A stretch of DNA of 64,000 bases, from contig CAIYPD010000096.1 in NCBI GenBank assembly GCA_903928075.1, forward strand, positions 71,609-135,608, in the 5' to 3' direction. Shown here piece after piece: positions 62,045-64,000 of this stretch (within the stretch, counting starts at the first letter, position 1; the number at the start of each line of letters is the position of its first letter). The translations under genes were made by a program, and so were the position numbers. Under the pieces are notes generated by a model, which saw only the letters and a program-made list of their open reading frames with translations, was not told the DNA's origin and did no database searches. The DNA comes from Candidatus Firestoneibacteriota bacterium (GTDB lineage Bacteria; Oederibacteriota; D2-FULL-39-29).

Positions 62045-62144
62045 CACTTTTCCTTTAATTTTTTTTATTAAAATGTATGCCGGTTTTTGTATTAAGAAAA
62101 AGTTACGCCCGCTTTTACACGGGCGTAACTTTAATTTCGAATAT

Positions 62145-62810
62145 CTATTTTGCCTTGGGTGCATCCACTAAATCTATCTCAATATCATCCACAAAGAAAG
62201 TTTCATCCTTGGGTTTAAGAGCCTCACCGCCGGCAAAGACAATGCCGTTGGCGCCTTTATTGAAAAACTCAACTTTTTTAGAAAAAACAATATCTTCTTT
62301 ATCGTCGTTGAAGGTAACGCCTATGGTCTTATCATCGGTAAAAGTAAAGGCGGCCTTAGTCCAACCGGCCTTTCTGTTTACTCCGGAATAGCCCAGATTA
62401 AACCACTGGTTCTCTCCGGTAAAAACGACATTATAAGCGCTGACACTGGTATAGGCTCTCCAGGCTATGAGTTCCACAGCCTTATCATCATCGCTATTTA
62501 CCAGACCGAAATAAGGGCCGTTCCAGACTTTGCCCGGTTTGCTTCCTTTTGCAACAAATGAGTCGTATATCCACATAGATACGGTGCCGAATTTATTTTC
62601 CGGGCTAAACCGGAAAGTCGCAGTCGCGCCAACCGGGACAAAAAGAGAGGACTTTCCGCCATGAAACTGGTCCACGGAGATAGAAACATCCCCTTCAATT
62701 TCCCATTTTTTTAAAACCTCCTTACTCTCAAATCCTTCGGTAACTTTTGCCGCGTACATAGACGCCGCAAAACTCACCACCATCACTGCCAGTACCAATC
62801 TTTTTACCAT
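62145..62810 (-). CDS. Small secreted protein, family S (paralog of 3682..4374). ATG at 62810.
   Basis: A GGAGGAGGG ribosome-binding site. Signal peptide MVKRLVLAVMVVSFAASMYA. About 60% identical to 3682..4374. Confidence 0.55.
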   Translation of the reverse strand: MVKRLVLAVMVVSFAASMYAAKVTEGFESKEVLKKWEIEGDVSISVDQFHGGKSSLFVPVGATATFRFSPENKFGTVSMWIYDSFVAKGSKPGKVWNGPYFGLVNSDDDKAVELIAWRAYTSVSAYNVVFTGENQWFNLGYSGVNRKAGWTKAAFTFTDDKTIGVTFNDDKEDIVFSKKVEFFNKGANGIVFAGGEALKPKDETFFVDDIEIDLVDAPKAK

Positions 62811-62907
62811 TTTCCCTCCTCCTTTGAAAAATAGAGTGCAACCCTGTACCATTCATTACATTCAGGTGCAGGGCCATGAATCCGAAGATACTGAGTGGTT
62901 CATGTGA

Positions 62908-62947
62908 CTACAAGACGACAAGAGAACAAGGTACAAGCGACAAGCGA
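62908..62947. repeat. ACAAG direct-repeat array (actACAAGacgACAAGagaACAAGgtACAAGcgACAAGcg) upstream of the family-S gene.
   Basis: Same motif and spacing as 47025-47090, 49331-49352 and 60362-60380. Confidence 0.45.
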
Positions 62948-63180
62948 AAAAATTTAAATTTAGCGTACTGATTAACTCTTGTTATCTTGTTGTCTTTTTT
63001 TATTCTTCTATCTTGCCAAGCATCCAAACCTCTGACCCTCCGCCCCTCTAATGCTCCAACTTCCCCTACAACCCCCTTGTCACTTCAAGGTGAGGGTAAG
63101 TTATTTTTTTATCTTTGCTGCCTTCAAATTTTTACTTTACTTCTTATAGGACATCTTCAATTAATATTCTTCAGGTTTCC

Positions 63181-64000
63181 TTATTTTTTAATTATGTATA
63201 TATGCGGTTCAAATTCTTTGAATTTATCCGTGAACTTTCCGCCGGCCATTGTTATCTTACGGTTCTCTTCGTAGACTTCGATTTCGGCACTGCCGAGATT
63301 TTTAACCGTAAAGGCTGCTTCGCCGGTTTTATTTTTTCTGTTGGAGGTAAAGATATAGATCTTCCCTTCACCTTCTTTTACAAGAGTGTCTACCAGGGTA
63401 TCGTCTTTCGTCTCTGCTATGACTTCTATCTTCGAATCGGCGGAGGTTATGACCGCGCCCAGCTCGGTTAACTGCCTGTTGACTATCTTCATCTCCGCTT
63501 TCAAATCTGCGGGTATTCTGGATTGAGCATAGGGTTTTTCAAAACTATGCGGAAAGTAACCTATAGAACGGGCACCATGAACCACACACATCCAGACCAT
63601 TGCTTTGAGTTCCGCGGGTTTCGGGGCTCTACCTTTCTCTTCGCCTATATTCGTAGCTTCCAGCCAGACAAAATGCGGTTTGCTGCCTTTGTCATATTTG
63701 TTTAAGATATCCATGCCTTTTGCCATCAGGTCCAGCCTGTCCGGCTGGCCGCCGCTACAGGGATAGGTATCGAAACCTATCATATCCATCCCGGGCATAT
63801 ATTTGGGAAAGAAAGAACTTTTGATCTGGGGCGTACCCCGGGCTTGAAAAGTTGTAAAGGTACAGCCGATAATATGATTTTTGTCCACAGCTTTGACTTT
63901 ATTATAGATGGCAACAATTTCTTCCGGGGTATTTAATGCCCCTTTTCTCTCATTACTCATCTGGTCCGGTTCGTCGGGCATCCACCAGAAGAGCAGAGCT
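63181..64000 (-). CDS. C-terminal portion of a putative TIM-barrel glycoside-hydrolase-like protein. The gene runs off the window end; there is no in-frame stop upstream of the reported Met.
   Basis: The ORF frame stays open through 63982-64000 (ALLFWW-MPDEPDQ...). Motifs such as HFVWLEATN and GYFPHSF hint at a glycosidase but are not diagnostic. Confidence 0.3.
   Translation of the reverse strand, partial: ALLFWWMPDEPDQMSNERKGALNTPEEIVAIYNKVKAVDKNHIIGCTFTTFQARGTPQIKSSFFPKYMPGMDMIGFDTYPCSGGQPDRLDLMAKGMDILNKYDKGSKPHFVWLEATNIGEEKGRAPKPAELKAMVWMCVVHGARSIGYFPHSFEKPYAQSRIPADLKAEMKIVNRQLTELGAVITSADSKIEVIAETKDDTLVDTLVKEGEGKIYIFTSNRKNKTGEAAFTVKNLGSAEIEVYEENRKITMAGGKFTDKFKEFEPHIYIIKK

Noticed and set aside
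1-64000. Search for tRNA, rRNA and tmRNA genes.
   Set aside because: No GGTTCGA(A/T)TCC T-arm contexts with matching acceptor stems, and no rRNA-like conserved blocks, were found. The only GGTTCG occurrences (27067 and 63967) are inside coding regions.

Overview
This 64-kb window is gene-dense bacterial DNA with about 46 protein-coding genes, roughly 85% of them on the minus strand. GGAGG-type ribosome-binding sites are used throughout. I found no rRNA, tRNA or CRISPR array. The contents fall into four blocks:

- **Polysaccharide island (1-27.6 kb):** an accessory region of secreted, signal-peptide-bearing proteins. It holds two paralogous 1,069-aa parallel beta-helix + LamG proteins, two heparinase II/III-like genes (one cut by the window start), an alginate-lyase-like (alpha/alpha) protein, an FGE/SUMF1 enzyme, two PQQ and one YVTN beta-propeller, an LRR protein, a CE4 deacetylase, a clan GH-A glycosidase, and a YwqK/MORN-repeat protein.
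- **Housekeeping block (27.6-52 kb):** UbiA, ComEC, apgM, a CDF transporter, the rimO-pgsA-pgpA operon, rbsK, queF, tpx, cutA, ybaB, a thyA-like gene and an araA-like gene. It also carries an operon of ECF sigma factor, zf-HC2/TPR anti-sigma factor and a 750-aa K/E-rich coiled-coil membrane protein. A Cas4-like Fe-S PD-(D/E)xK nuclease sits here, apparently translationally coupled to rbsK.
- **Type IX secretion-like module (52-58.7 kb):** a PorV/PorQ-like outer-membrane protein and a giant adhesin of about 1,860 aa. The adhesin has carboxypeptidase-regulatory-like repeats and a T9SS C-terminal sorting domain. It is split into two ORFs by a +1 frameshift in a C9/G9 homopolymer, and the PorV-like gene also appears frameshifted in a T5 run.
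- **Third cassette copy (58.8-64 kb):** more copies of the shuffled S / G / BH secreted-protein cassette that also occurs at 0.3-4.4 kb and 16.4-21.3 kb.

Several families of short intergenic repeats are present. These include a ~105-120-bp hairpin-containing 3'-UTR element, CTTGT/ACAAG direct-repeat arrays, and ATCTGTGTCATC palindromic motifs in divergent promoter regions.

All functional calls rest on recognisable motifs in the translated ORFs. No database search was possible.
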